Part shown: positions 49,402-59,371 of the stretch, piece after piece
Position numbering within the stretch: position 1 is the stretch's first letter
Layout: each line of letters starts with the position of its first letter
Source: an uncultured Clostridia bacterium
GTDB lineage: Bacteria > Bacillota > Clostridia > Christensenellales > DTU072
Assembly: GCA_944372095.1 (NCBI GenBank)
Contig: CALVYG010000048.1
Span: 64,136-128,135 of the forward strand
Direction of reading: 5' to 3'
DNA length: 64,000 nt
Notes under the pieces: generated by a model
What the model saw: the letters and a program-made list of their open reading frames with translations, nothing else
Databases searched by the model: none
What the model was told of the DNA's origin: nothing
Made by a program: the position numbers and the translations under genes

Positions 49402-51870
49402 TTAAATTATATTACGTTCAATTCCTGTTTTTTTCATTCTGTATTTCAATGCCGCCAGACAGTAAATTAAAGCATATACTGAAATTCCGGCTAAAAATAT
49501 AATAAACGCTACCCACGGGAATTCAATCGCAATATATCTGTCAATAAGTTCTGCAAAAGTGGGAATGAGAAAATTAAGTACAACCGCAACAGCCGTTCCT
49601 ATAATCCCTCCCGTAAGAGATATTTCCATACTTTCCAAAAACATCAAATTATAAAATTTTTTGTCATCTAATCCTGTCGCTCTGAATATTCCGAACTCTC
49701 TTTGTCTTGAAATAAGCATAGCAATAGTCATATTCATTATTCCGGCAAAACCAACAAGGCCTACAATGATTTGCAGAATTCTGAGCAAAACAGTTATCCC
49801 TTCAACACCCACACTAGCGGCATAAGCCCAGTCGTAGAAGTTCAATATAAAACATCCTCTTGCTTCGAGTTTTTCTTTTAAGTCGGCATATAAGTCCGAA
49901 TGTGAAACATTCTCACTCACATTAAAAAGTACTATCTCATTATTCAATGTAGCCTTATTAAGTCCTTTTAAATTAGCAATAATATATCTGTCATTCGACG
50001 TTTTTGTATTACAGACAGAAACAATTTTAAACGAAATATTATTGTTTTCCCCCAAAGAAATGGTTACTGTATCCCCTATTTGTTTATTTAATCGTAAAAG
50101 TAAGTCATAACTGAACACAGCAGCGTTTTCTTCATTATCAAACATTTCTTTTTCGGCATCCGATAACGAAACGACACAATCTAAATCGTCAGAAGAATTT
50201 ACGGCATAAATCGTTAAATCTGTATTTCTCCCTTTAAAAACCCAATCATACTGCTTGTAATAATAGATATAAGCTTCGTCAACACCGGGCGTTGCACTTA
50301 TTATTTTCTTTATTTCATCCATATCGTTCCCGGAAGAAACAGCCTGAACCGCATAGTCTGCGGAAAATCGTGAATTAGGCGGTGCCGACGCGTCGATTAT
50401 AATTCCGACAACATTTATCGCTACGAAAGCAAAAGAAATTACCGCTCCTAACAAACAAGAAAGTGATACCGCTTCCGAATTTCGCTTTACAGTAACGGAG
50501 GATAATTTTGAGATACCTTTTCCGAAATAAAAAAGTTTTGCTATCAATGAAAATATATATGGTGCCGACCATATGAGGCCGACCACGGAAGCCGCTATTA
50601 ACAATACGATAAAATAAGTGATAAAATCTTTCAAAAAAACGGAACAAACTGCACAAGCGCAAATCACTGCCAACGGAATAAGAATTAACGCAGGATGGAC
50701 TTTTCGTACCATCTTCTCCCCCGAAGAAAGTTGATTTCTTACAGACCTTTTGACCAATCTAATCAAAGGAATAAGTGCACCGATAACTGAAATAAGGATA
50801 CCCGAAATAAAAGACAAGAAGTAATACCAAACAGAATAAGAAACGGCATCGGAAAAACCGGGAATAACACTTTGCACGACAACTTCCATTCCGAATCGTC
50901 CGCAGACGGTTCCTGCAAATCCGCCTATTAACCCGTAAAAAACGACTTCTACCAAAAGAATGGCGAAAAGTTGCACGGGACTCGCTCCCGCCGCTTTAAA
51001 AACAAGCATTTCGCTTGAACGCTTCTTTGCTACAATATTGTATGCTCCGAAAAGAATGAAAAAAACCAGCGCAATGACAAATATTACGGCAACTTCAAGT
51101 AATTTTTCATTATCGGCTACCACTCTATCAATATATTCGTAATCGACAGCGTATCCAACGTCAAGTTCAGGATTCCCCATAAACTGATATAAATCATTAA
51201 TTATGCTGTCTATGTCTGCTTCCTCCGCAAGCTTAATGTAAGCATCCGTATACAAGCCTTTATCACCAATTGCGGAAAAGTCAGTTAAAATATTGTAAAT
51301 TGTGCTATTCGCAAAAAATCCTTTATTCTCAAATATGTAGGTTACGGTAAAAGTTTCATATCTGTTATATAATCCGATGAAAATTTCCACTTCATCGCCT
51401 ACTTTATAACCTTTTTTTTCTGCCAAAGCGCAATTTATCCAAATACCGGGATAAACATAATTCGCATCTGATATGCCCGAATGATAAAAAAGTTCGGAAT
51501 TGTATCTGGAAATGAAATCTTTTAAATAAGTCGCCTGCAATAATACCGCAGTAGATTCTTCGTTGTTTCCTCCTTTGCCGTTAATAACTCCAGGCATTGT
51601 AAGATATTTATCCACATACTCGATTTCATTTGTATGAAGCTTTTCATATTCCGAAAATCTTTCGCCTGAGAAAATTCCTCCGCTTACGGAAATATCGGTA
51701 TCTTGTGCAACCCTTGAAAGATTCGCCAATTGAAAATTATAAAATAAATCTTTCATTGAAAGTGCGGCAAACAATAACATTGTAACAACTGTTACCGTGA
51801 AAATTATTATGAAAGGCTGAGCTATATTTGCTTTTATACTTCTGAGCGTATGGTTAAAAATAATTTTCAT
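49402..51870 (-). CDS. ABC transporter permease with two FtsX-type domains
   Basis: 822 aa containing two 4-TM FtsX-like modules, each preceded by a large extracytoplasmic domain. Confidence 0.8.
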   Translation of the reverse strand: MKIIFNHTLRSIKANIAQPFIIIFTVTVVTMLLFAALSMKDLFYNFQLANLSRVAQDTDISVSGGIFSGERFSEYEKLHTNEIEYVDKYLTMPGVINGKGGNNEESTAVLLQATYLKDFISRYNSELFYHSGISDANYVYPGIWINCALAEKKGYKVGDEVEIFIGLYNRYETFTVTYIFENKGFFANSTIYNILTDFSAIGDKGLYTDAYIKLAEEADIDSIINDLYQFMGNPELDVGYAVDYEYIDRVVADNEKLLEVAVIFVIALVFFILFGAYNIVAKKRSSEMLVFKAAGASPVQLFAILLVEVVFYGLIGGFAGTVCGRFGMEVVVQSVIPGFSDAVSYSVWYYFLSFISGILISVIGALIPLIRLVKRSVRNQLSSGEKMVRKVHPALILIPLAVICACAVCSVFLKDFITYFIVLLIAASVVGLIWSAPYIFSLIAKLFYFGKGISKLSSVTVKRNSEAVSLSCLLGAVISFAFVAINVVGIIIDASAPPNSRFSADYAVQAVSSGNDMDEIKKIISATPGVDEAYIYYYKQYDWVFKGRNTDLTIYAVNSSDDLDCVVSLSDAEKEMFDNEENAAVFSYDLLLRLNKQIGDTVTISLGENNNISFKIVSVCNTKTSNDRYIIANLKGLNKATLNNEIVLFNVSENVSHSDLYADLKEKLEARGCFILNFYDWAYAASVGVEGITVLLRILQIIVGLVGFAGIMNMTIAMLISRQREFGIFRATGLDDKKFYNLMFLESMEISLTGGIIGTAVAVVLNFLIPTFAELIDRYIAIEFPWVAFIIFLAGISVYALIYCLAALKYRMKKTGIERNII

Positions 51871-51882
51871 ATTCGCAATAAA

Positions 51883-52683
51883 TTAGTTGTCTTCTTTATT
51901 TTCTTTTATCTCGACGATTGATTCCGGATTTGAATCCCAAAAACCGGCATTTGTTTTTTCAATTAGGTTTTTACCTTCATCGGAAAACATATTCAGAGTA
52001 CATTGAATATTATTTTCTTCAATAATTTTCCCGTCTTTTATTCTTACTATCCTGTTACCGTATAATGCGTTGCTTTCACTATGCGTAACTTGTATAATCG
52101 TCGTTCCGCGCTCATTATTTATCTGTTTAAGAAGCAACATTATTTCTTCTGAGTTTTTACTGTCGAGGTTTCCCGTAGGCTCATCGAGAAAAATAACTTT
52201 CGGATTGTAAATCAGTCCTCGTGCGATTGCCACTCTTTGCTGCTCGCCTCCTGAAAGCTGCGCGGGCATTTTATTGGCATTTTGTGATATTTTCAGATAA
52301 TCCATTAAATCGTTTAAACTGTCTTCATACTTCTTTATAGATTTTCCATCCAAAAATAAAGGCAATAATATATTTTCTTTTACTGTCAGATATGGAGCAA
52401 GATTAAAAAACTGAAAAACAAATCCAAGTTTTGTTCTTCTTAATGCAGCCAACTCTTTTTCTTTAAGCATACCTAAATCTGTTCCGTCAAACAAAACTTT
52501 TCCATATGTCGCGGTATCCATTCCCCCGAGCAACCCTAATAAAGTACTTTTTCCGCTTCCCGATTCGCCTAATATACTTATAAAGTCGCCTTCATAAACT
52601 TTCAAGTCTATTCCATTTAATACGTTATCCTTTCCATTAAAGCTTTTTAAAAGGTTATTACATTCTAAAAGTAATTTACTCAT
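51883..52683 (-). CDS. ABC transporter ATP-binding protein (MacB/LolD-like) with ~60-aa C-terminal extension
   Basis: GESGSGKSTLL, LSGGEQQR and IFLDEPTG. Start set to MSKLLLECNN. Confidence 0.9.
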   Translation of the reverse strand: MSKLLLECNNLLKSFNGKDNVLNGIDLKVYEGDFISILGESGSGKSTLLGLLGGMDTATYGKVLFDGTDLGMLKEKELAALRRTKLGFVFQFFNLAPYLTVKENILLPLFLDGKSIKKYEDSLNDLMDYLKISQNANKMPAQLSGGEQQRVAIARGLIYNPKVIFLDEPTGNLDSKNSEEIMLLLKQINNERGTTIIQVTHSESNALYGNRIVRIKDGKIIEENNIQCTLNMFSDEGKNLIEKTNAGFWDSNPESIVEIKENKEDN

Positions 52684-54136
52684 TTTCCGCTCCTTCCAAA
52701 ATAAATGAAATAAAAGTTTCCGACAACCAAACCGTAATAAGATTATCAAAAATTCCGGCAAAACCGTTTTCTATTTCGAAAAAAGCATCGGCTTGCGCCA
52801 GTAATTCAGTATATTCGTCCGACTCGGCAGACAAAGAATTCAAATTGCTTATTTGAAGGTTAATCTCGGAAAAATAGTTAACGGCATTTGCAAATTCAGT
52901 AAAAAATGTCGAATAATTTATCGGTTCATCTTCACTTTCGGAACTTTGCTGTCCCTCTTCTAGCAAAATTTCGGAGTTTACCAAGGTAAACGAAATATCC
53001 GTTAATGAAGAAGTCATACTTGCATATCTTTCTGCCAATTCTGTTATATTATTTATTTCTCCGCCACAAACATCAGTAATATCATTAAAATACAAAGAAA
53101 TAATTCTAGTCATTACAATTGCAGAATAAATTTTCATATCGCTTTTTTCTTTACCATCTTCAAGTGATAAATATGTGATATAACTCTGAATGTCTTCTGC
53201 TGTCATTTTTTTCATAAAAGAACCGAGTATGACAATTATTTCACCGATTTTCCCTTTAACATTTTCGGCATAAGAATTTAGCTGCTCACTTTCCGGTATA
53301 TCAATGCTATATTCAAAATCAAATCCGAACACTTTTTCCAAAGTGGCAGTTCCGCCGGATAGTTTTGAAATTGATTCATATACGCTTCCAAGCTGATAAA
53401 AAACAGCCTGCATAGAATTAGCGGTTGTTAATGAGAGATATTCGTTTTGTCCCGCATCTTCGAAAAATCTTAATACATATATAGTGTTGGAAACCAATGA
53501 AACAAAAAAATCTTTTCCGACTGATTTAAGGGTTGAAAAATATGTTTCATTCGTATTCTGCGCAAGGTAATAATATAAAAATTCCGCGATTTCATTCTCA
53601 GTCAAAGACGATTCGTCCATAAAGCCGTTTATTGTGTCCCCGAACAAAGAAAAAATAGAAAAATTTTCGGTCAGTGCAATCAAATATTCTTCCAATTCAT
53701 CCAAACTCTCAATTTGCATTAAATCGTCCTTAATAGATGTAAAAATACTGCTTACCGAATTCGATTTTAATGCCTGCGCAATTTTATTCAATTTTGCAGA
53801 GGAGACCCTTGCTTGCTCCATTGCGTTTATAATTCTGTCAGCAAACTTTTCCATTATCGACGAAATATATCCTTTTAAATTAACATAAGTAGATAAGAAT
53901 TCATTAAAAAGTTCACTGAAATATTCGCTGAGCGAAGCCTTAAAATTCATAACATACTGAAAATCACTGTCGTTGGGGTCTGTTGCATAGTAATTTAATT
54001 TATCTTCAGCAGAAAAATATTCCCACTGCTGAGATTGCTTTGTGGAAAGTATTACCGTAGATACTATCATTGAAATAAGAATCACAACAATAATCACCAC
54101 AGAAATTAACGCATAAAAGTTTTTTTTACTTCGCAT
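52676..54136 (-). CDS. Hypothetical N-terminally anchored acidic protein, first gene of the ABC operon
   Basis: One N-terminal TM and a probably helical Glu/Ser/Asn-rich ectodomain. 8-nt overlap with the ATPase gene. No recognisable motif. Confidence 0.6.
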   Translation of the reverse strand: MRSKKNFYALISVVIIVVILISMIVSTVILSTKQSQQWEYFSAEDKLNYYATDPNDSDFQYVMNFKASLSEYFSELFNEFLSTYVNLKGYISSIMEKFADRIINAMEQARVSSAKLNKIAQALKSNSVSSIFTSIKDDLMQIESLDELEEYLIALTENFSIFSLFGDTINGFMDESSLTENEIAEFLYYYLAQNTNETYFSTLKSVGKDFFVSLVSNTIYVLRFFEDAGQNEYLSLTTANSMQAVFYQLGSVYESISKLSGGTATLEKVFGFDFEYSIDIPESEQLNSYAENVKGKIGEIIVILGSFMKKMTAEDIQSYITYLSLEDGKEKSDMKIYSAIVMTRIISLYFNDITDVCGGEINNITELAERYASMTSSLTDISFTLVNSEILLEEGQQSSESEDEPINYSTFFTEFANAVNYFSEINLQISNLNSLSAESDEYTELLAQADAFFEIENGFAGIFDNLITVWLSETFISFILEGAENE

Positions 54137-54280
54137 ATATCTAATAAATTATACTTAATACCTACATAAAAGTCAATAATAATGATTTTTAAAGAGGAAT
54201 TTTAAGATAAAATATAAGAAAATTTTGAAGAAAACGTCTAATGCTTGACTTTCTTTAATTAAAATATATAATAATTTATT

Positions 54281-55018
54281 ATGAAACAAGATTTTAACTC
54301 GGAAAATTTACAAATAGTATATGAAGACAATCATATAATTGTAGTTGTAAAACCTCAAAATGTTCCCTCATGTCCGGACGAAACCAAAGATACGGATGTA
54401 CTTTCTGTCGTAAAAGAGTATCTTATTAAAAAATATCAAAAACAAGGCGACGCTTATGTAGGACTAATACACAGACTTGACCGACCAACTGGTGGCGTTA
54501 TGGTTTTTGCAAAGACATCTAAAGCCGCAGGCAGAATGTGTGAAGGACTTAAAAACGGTGAATTTGAAAAAAGATATCTGGCTGTAGTTGTCGGAACGCC
54601 ACGCGAAAAATCAATTCTCGGGTTAACCCATTACCTTGTAAAAGATTCTGCAAAAAATATGGTCTATTCCGTTCCAATGGCAACCGAAGGCGCGAAAAAA
54701 GCTGTTCTTGATTATACAGTTCTTGACTCACAAAATAATATGTCTCTGCTTAACGTAAAACTTCATACAGGAAGAGCGCACCAGATTCGCGTACAAATGC
54801 AAACAATCGGCAACCCGCTCTTTGGCGACCAAAGATACGGTTCCGGAAAATCTCCCGCCGGCTTTAATCTCGCATTATGGGCCGTGGAATTGAAATTCAT
54901 TCATCCTGTATCGAAAGAAAGAATGGTTTTCAGAGTTTATCCGCCTGTTGACAATATCCCGTGGAAATACTTCGACATATCCAGATATCTTGCTGTTTCA
55001 ATTAAAGATAACTATTGA
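54281..55018 (+). CDS. RluA-family pseudouridine synthase (no S4 domain)
   Basis: HRLDRPTGGVMVFAKT and GRAHQIRVQM. Confidence 0.85.
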   Translation: MKQDFNSENLQIVYEDNHIIVVVKPQNVPSCPDETKDTDVLSVVKEYLIKKYQKQGDAYVGLIHRLDRPTGGVMVFAKTSKAAGRMCEGLKNGEFEKRYLAVVVGTPREKSILGLTHYLVKDSAKNMVYSVPMATEGAKKAVLDYTVLDSQNNMSLLNVKLHTGRAHQIRVQMQTIGNPLFGDQRYGSGKSPAGFNLALWAVELKFIHPVSKERMVFRVYPPVDNIPWKYFDISRYLAVSIKDNY

Positions 55019-55221
55019 TTTTTAAAATATAAATTTTATTCCCGTTATCATGTACTTTTGTTATTGTCGGCAATAATGATTCTGCAATATCGGCAAAACA
55101 ATTATTATCTTAAAACAATATTTTTACGCGCACATTAAAATACCTAACGATAAGGATTGGGTTCAGTTGATTCTGAATATAATAATTATTTAAAAATTGA
55201 TGTAAACTGCAACTTTTTTAT

Positions 55222-55252
55222 AAATAAAACCGGCACTTAAAGAGCGCCGGTT
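55222..55252 (-). terminator. Terminator after the spo0A-like gene
   Basis: Stem aaccggc/gccggtt followed by a U-rich run on the minus strand. Confidence 0.55.
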
Positions 55253-55274
55253 AATGAACATCAAATTCATAAAA

Positions 55275-56009
55275 TTAAAGTGATTCAATCATCATTTTGT
55301 CCGCAACAAGAGCAATTAATTCTCCGTTCGTAGGCTTTTCGCCCTTGTTATAAATTTTAATGCCGAAAATTGCATTGATGTTTTCAATTTTTCCTCTGTT
55401 CCAAGCAACCTCTATCGCATGTCTTATCGCCCTCTCCACCTTGCTTGCCGACGTTTGGTAAATCTGCGCAATCGTAGGATATAATTTTTTAGTAATAGAA
55501 TTTATCATTTCAGGATATGCGACAGCAAGTTTTACCGCTTCTCTCAGAAACTGATACCCTTTTATATGCGGAGGAATCCCCGCCCTAATAAATATACTGC
55601 TTAACCTTTCATCAATATTTCTTATGCCGCTGTTAAGTTTTACCGTCACAGATTGTTGAATCATAAATTTCAAAAGTTGTGTCCTTACTTCAAGAAAAGA
55701 ATATGGTTTAAAGAAACAAATATCATGCGGCAACGAAGAAAGAACTCCTTCAAGCTCATCTTCCATATTCTTACTTACTAAAATAATAGCTGAGCCTTTA
55801 TCTCTGAATGAAAAAGCCAATTCTTTACTATGGTCAAAAGCAATATCCAGAATCAAACCTTTGATATCCGTTGTTTTCAACACATCCAAAGCATCCTTTG
55901 ACGATTGACAAACAATAAGATTTATATCGCTGTCTTCAGCAAAGAATGCTGAAGCGTTAGCCGATAACGAGCCGTTAGTTTCACATAATACTACGTTAAA
56001 TTGTTTCAT
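55275..56009 (-). CDS. Spo0A-family response regulator with atypical receiver acidic pocket
   Basis: The C-terminal HIKGYQFLREAV...SKVERAIRHAIEVAW...KPTNGELIALVADK is the Spo0A-specific DNA-binding domain. The N-terminal receiver keeps the putative phospho-Asp (LILDI) and Lys (FFKPY) but has CETN where Spo0A has ADDN. Start set to MKQFN (GGAGG upstream). Confidence 0.8.
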   Translation of the reverse strand: MKQFNVVLCETNGSLSANASAFFAEDSDINLIVCQSSKDALDVLKTTDIKGLILDIAFDHSKELAFSFRDKGSAIILVSKNMEDELEGVLSSLPHDICFFKPYSFLEVRTQLLKFMIQQSVTVKLNSGIRNIDERLSSIFIRAGIPPHIKGYQFLREAVKLAVAYPEMINSITKKLYPTIAQIYQTSASKVERAIRHAIEVAWNRGKIENINAIFGIKIYNKGEKPTNGELIALVADKMMIESL

Positions 56010-56183
56010 AAACCTCCATAAAAATGCACCAAAAGTATTTATTTGTTGTTTTGTGACAATATAATACCATACCAAAAACAATTTGTAAACATATTTTGAA
56101 CAAATTGTTCAATTAAATTTTAATATTTGTACAATTATGTCGATATTTGGCGCATTTAATAAGTTTATAAAAAATTTATCACA

Positions 56184-58790
56184 CTATTCTATTCGCAATG
56201 CGTCAACAACATTTTTATTTGAAGCTCTGAACGCAGGGATAAGACCCGATATTGCCGCAAGTAAAACGCTAAGAATAAAAAGTCCTAAAGAATACAAAGG
56301 ATTGCCTACTGCAAGATTCGGTATGCCGCAAAATGTTTCTGCGAGCAGGGAAAACAGTGGAGCAACCGCATAAGATAATGCTATTCCTAAAACTCCGCTG
56401 AATATGCCTATTAATACAGTTTCCGCAAGAAAAACGCTTACTATATCTCTTTTCCTTGCTCCCATGCTTCTGAGTATACCGATTTCCCTTGTCCTTTCAA
56501 CAACTGAATTTCCCGTAATAATACCAATCATAATAGAAGATACGAACAGCGAAATTGAAGCCACTATCAGAAGTGCATAAACACATATATTTGTAATTGT
56601 ACTGACATTATACATAAACATCTCTGTAACATCAAAATATGAAACCTTTCCTCCATTCTCGCCTTCCCATGCGTCTATATAATCCGTTATTGCGTTTTTA
56701 CCGGCTAAATCAGTCGCATACAAATTCATATAAACGGGTGCGGCATCTACACCAAGTGACTTCATAAAAGAAGTTTTAGCAAGCGAAGCTGACAATAACC
56801 CTATAACGCTACTGTTTACATATCTGTCTTTTACGGTTTTAATTCCCTCGATTACTGTATAAGCAGTAGAATCTGTACTTTGATATCCGCTTAATTCAAG
56901 AAGTTTTTTCTGTTCGGTCGTCACTTCACTGTTTTTGGCCAAATCAAGCACATATTCGGCAAGTTCTTGCGTATAACATAAATTTGTTCCGAGCGCTCTG
57001 ATTGGTGAATCGGGTTTAACCCTCAAAACCCCTACGATTTTAAGCGTAACAGCTTCATCCGAGTTATACATTTCATCATATCCGGATTCTTTTATTCTGA
57101 ATTCATATATTTCAGGAAAACCGTTAAGTGTCTTTCCCGTTTTTTCATAATAAACATCGTTTGGTACAAGTTTTAATTCAAAACCTGAACTTTCCGATAA
57201 AAGTTCATCAAATGAAAGTTTACCGTCACCGTTTTTATCGGCGGACTCAATATCAAACCCGAAGTCGGTTAAAGCCGGAATTTCAAGTTCGTTTCTTTCA
57301 TTAACCACAATAACAAGGTCACCTTTATCCTTTGGCAATACCCCTGCCATTAAATCATAATATTTGCTTATAAATTCATTTGTTCCGACTAACTGGTTCC
57401 ACCTCTTTTTTTCCAACCCTTTTTCACCGAGAACATTTGTCGCTATATTTATTACGTTCGTTGTGACCTCTGAAGGAGAGACATCTTTATATGTTCCGTC
57501 GTTAAGTTTAGAAATAATATTCATCTGAACACCGTAATATAAATGCATTGCATCATACCATTGTGAATTCATATTTTTAAGGTAGGCAATAAAATCCTCT
57601 GAAATATCATTTTCTTTTATTGAATCTATTATATCCTCCACAAGTTCGCCCATAAAACCGCTTCCTTCGTTTGCCTCAACGAGTTCAACCATATTATCAT
57701 CAGGAAATTCTCCTTCGTATTCCAACCTGTCACCGAAAGTCATAAAAATATCCATAAGTACCGAATAATCCATACTGTATTCATATATTCCAACGGGAAT
57801 CGAAGCTAAAAGCGAATTTTGCATTGATTCTAGAAAACGATTGATACCGTTAGAAAAAGCAAGCACTAGTCCCAATCCTATAATTCCGACGCTGCCTGCT
57901 ATCGACGTAAGAACAGTTCTTCTTTTTTTCAACAGCAAATTTTTAAAACTAAGTCCCATTGCTGTTTTCCAATTTATATATGATGTTTTAAACACTCCCG
58001 CATTCCTACGTTTTCTTTCTTGCCGTAAAATTTTTTTATTCTTTTTATTCAACTTGCTTTCTTCTGTATTCGCATTTATAGAAATTAAATCTTCTTTACA
58101 ATCATCATCAGATAGAAAAGGCAATGTATCATTTACAATCTCGCCGTCGTTCATTTCAATTATTCTCGATGAAAACATTTCCGCCAGATTTGCATTATGA
58201 GTTACCATAATAACAAGTCTTTCTTTTGAAACTTCTTGAAGCAATTCCATTATCTGCTCGCTTAATTTACTATCTAAAGCACCTGTGGGCTCATCTGCCA
58301 ATATAATCCTCGGATTATTCACAAGAGCGCGTGCAATAGATATGCGCTGTAATTGGCCCCCCGAAAGTTCAGAAGGCTTTTTATGAATATGTTCTTCCAT
58401 ATTCACTTTTTTTAAAGCATTAATTGCCATTGAAGTATATTCACTTCTATTAAATCCGCTTAATTTAAGCGTCATTTCCACATTTTCCAATACTGATAAA
58501 TGCTGAATTAAATTGTAATTCTGAAAAACAAATCCTATTGTTGCATTTCGATAAGCATCCCAAGTTTCCTCACCGAATTCTTTTGTAGAAATTCCGTCAA
58601 CAATAATATCACCGGAATTATATCTATCAAGGCCACCGACAATATTAAGCAAAGTGGTTTTTCCGCAACCCGATGGCCCAAGAATAGAAACAAATTCTTT
58701 ATCTCTGAAATTTAATGAAATTCCGCGCAACGCATGCACAGTTCCGCCTGTGGCATTATAATCTTTATAAATATTCAGCAATTTAAGCAT
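56184..58790 (-). CDS. MacB-type fused ABC transporter (N-terminal ATPase, C-terminal FtsX permease, ~430-aa extracytoplasmic domain)
   Basis: GPSGCGKTTLL, LSGGQLQR and ILADEPTG, then a TM, a large loop and 3 TM. Start set to MLKLLNIYKDY. Confidence 0.88.
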   Translation of the reverse strand: MLKLLNIYKDYNATGGTVHALRGISLNFRDKEFVSILGPSGCGKTTLLNIVGGLDRYNSGDIIVDGISTKEFGEETWDAYRNATIGFVFQNYNLIQHLSVLENVEMTLKLSGFNRSEYTSMAINALKKVNMEEHIHKKPSELSGGQLQRISIARALVNNPRIILADEPTGALDSKLSEQIMELLQEVSKERLVIMVTHNANLAEMFSSRIIEMNDGEIVNDTLPFLSDDDCKEDLISINANTEESKLNKKNKKILRQERKRRNAGVFKTSYINWKTAMGLSFKNLLLKKRRTVLTSIAGSVGIIGLGLVLAFSNGINRFLESMQNSLLASIPVGIYEYSMDYSVLMDIFMTFGDRLEYEGEFPDDNMVELVEANEGSGFMGELVEDIIDSIKENDISEDFIAYLKNMNSQWYDAMHLYYGVQMNIISKLNDGTYKDVSPSEVTTNVINIATNVLGEKGLEKKRWNQLVGTNEFISKYYDLMAGVLPKDKGDLVIVVNERNELEIPALTDFGFDIESADKNGDGKLSFDELLSESSGFELKLVPNDVYYEKTGKTLNGFPEIYEFRIKESGYDEMYNSDEAVTLKIVGVLRVKPDSPIRALGTNLCYTQELAEYVLDLAKNSEVTTEQKKLLELSGYQSTDSTAYTVIEGIKTVKDRYVNSSVIGLLSASLAKTSFMKSLGVDAAPVYMNLYATDLAGKNAITDYIDAWEGENGGKVSYFDVTEMFMYNVSTITNICVYALLIVASISLFVSSIMIGIITGNSVVERTREIGILRSMGARKRDIVSVFLAETVLIGIFSGVLGIALSYAVAPLFSLLAETFCGIPNLAVGNPLYSLGLFILSVLLAAISGLIPAFRASNKNVVDALRIE

Positions 58791-58981
58791 AATCACTCCT
58801 ATTCCATACCGAAACTCCGATATAAACACATTCGTACGGGAAAAATAATTGTATTATATTAATAATTATAATATATTGAAAAACGAAAAATGGCAAACAT
58901 ATTTAATATTAAAAATTATAGGTAATGAAAAGCAATAAAACAATACAGCATAATCAAATCAATTAAAACAAGCAAAAATTA

Positions 58982-59010
58982 TTGACATAATTAAAACTAT
59001 ATGGTAATAT
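58982..59010 (+). promoter_or_regulatory. Sigma-A promoter of tRNA-Ser
   Basis: TTGACA-17 nt-TAATAT ending 11 nt before the tRNA 5' end. Confidence 0.6.
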
Positions 59011-59021
59011 TTATAAGCAAC

Positions 59022-59112
59022 AAAACAGCACGGAGAAATACCCAAGTGGCTGAAGGGGCTCCCCTGCTAAGGGAGTAGTACGGTGAAACGTAGCTCGGGT
59101 TCAAATCCCGAT
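59022..59112 (+). tRNA. tRNA-Ser (anticodon GCU), long variable arm, CCA encoded
   Basis: GGAGAAA acceptor pairs with UUUCUCC, anticodon loop is CU-GCU-AA, and the T-arm is UCGGGUUCAAAUCCCGA. Confidence 0.9.
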
Positions 59113-59115
59113 TTC

Positions 59116-59160
59116 TCCGCCAAACAAATCCTAAATCGAACACCTAAGTTTGGTTTAGGA
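59116..59160 (+). terminator. Terminator after tRNA-Ser
   Basis: 10-bp stem aaatcctaaa/tttaggattt followed by T-rich sequence. Confidence 0.6.
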
Positions 59161-59172
59161 TTTTCTTTTACT

Positions 59173-59213
59173 AAAAAACGGCTAATACGCATATGCAATA
59201 GCCGTTAATTTTT
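59173..59213. terminator. Bidirectional hairpin terminator (3' end of the minus-strand mini-cassette)
   Basis: Stem acggcta/tagccgt flanked by A6 on one side and T5 on the other. Confidence 0.55.
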
Positions 59214-59253
59214 GAGATAAGGAGGTGACCCACGGTACCATTTGGGAACCAAC

Positions 59254-59313
59254 TTATTTATGCTTGATAACTCCGTAAGAAATTATCATAAGAGCCTTAA
59301 ATAAGGCTTTCAT
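59254..59313 (-). CDS. 19-codon ORF (MKALFKALMIISYGVIKHK), candidate small hydrophobic peptide
   Basis: SD AAGGAGGTGA sits 5 nt before the ATG (8 nt from the GGAGG core), with a strong promoter upstream, a 10-nt perfect anti-SD downstream and a terminator. Too short for the ORF track. Confidence 0.35.
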   Translation of the reverse strand: MKALFKALMIISYGVIKHK

Positions 59314-59371
59314 AAACATCACCTCCTTGACACGCCAAGGCTAATAGGCACCTTAACGCGTTGGCAATATT

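Noticed and set aside
55019-55221. ~200-nt intergenic region after the second rluA gene as a possible sRNA locus
   Set aside because: It is AT-rich with only short palindromes (tattg-tcgg-caata). No promoter-terminator pair delimits a transcript. The only clear hairpin belongs to the spo0A-like terminator.
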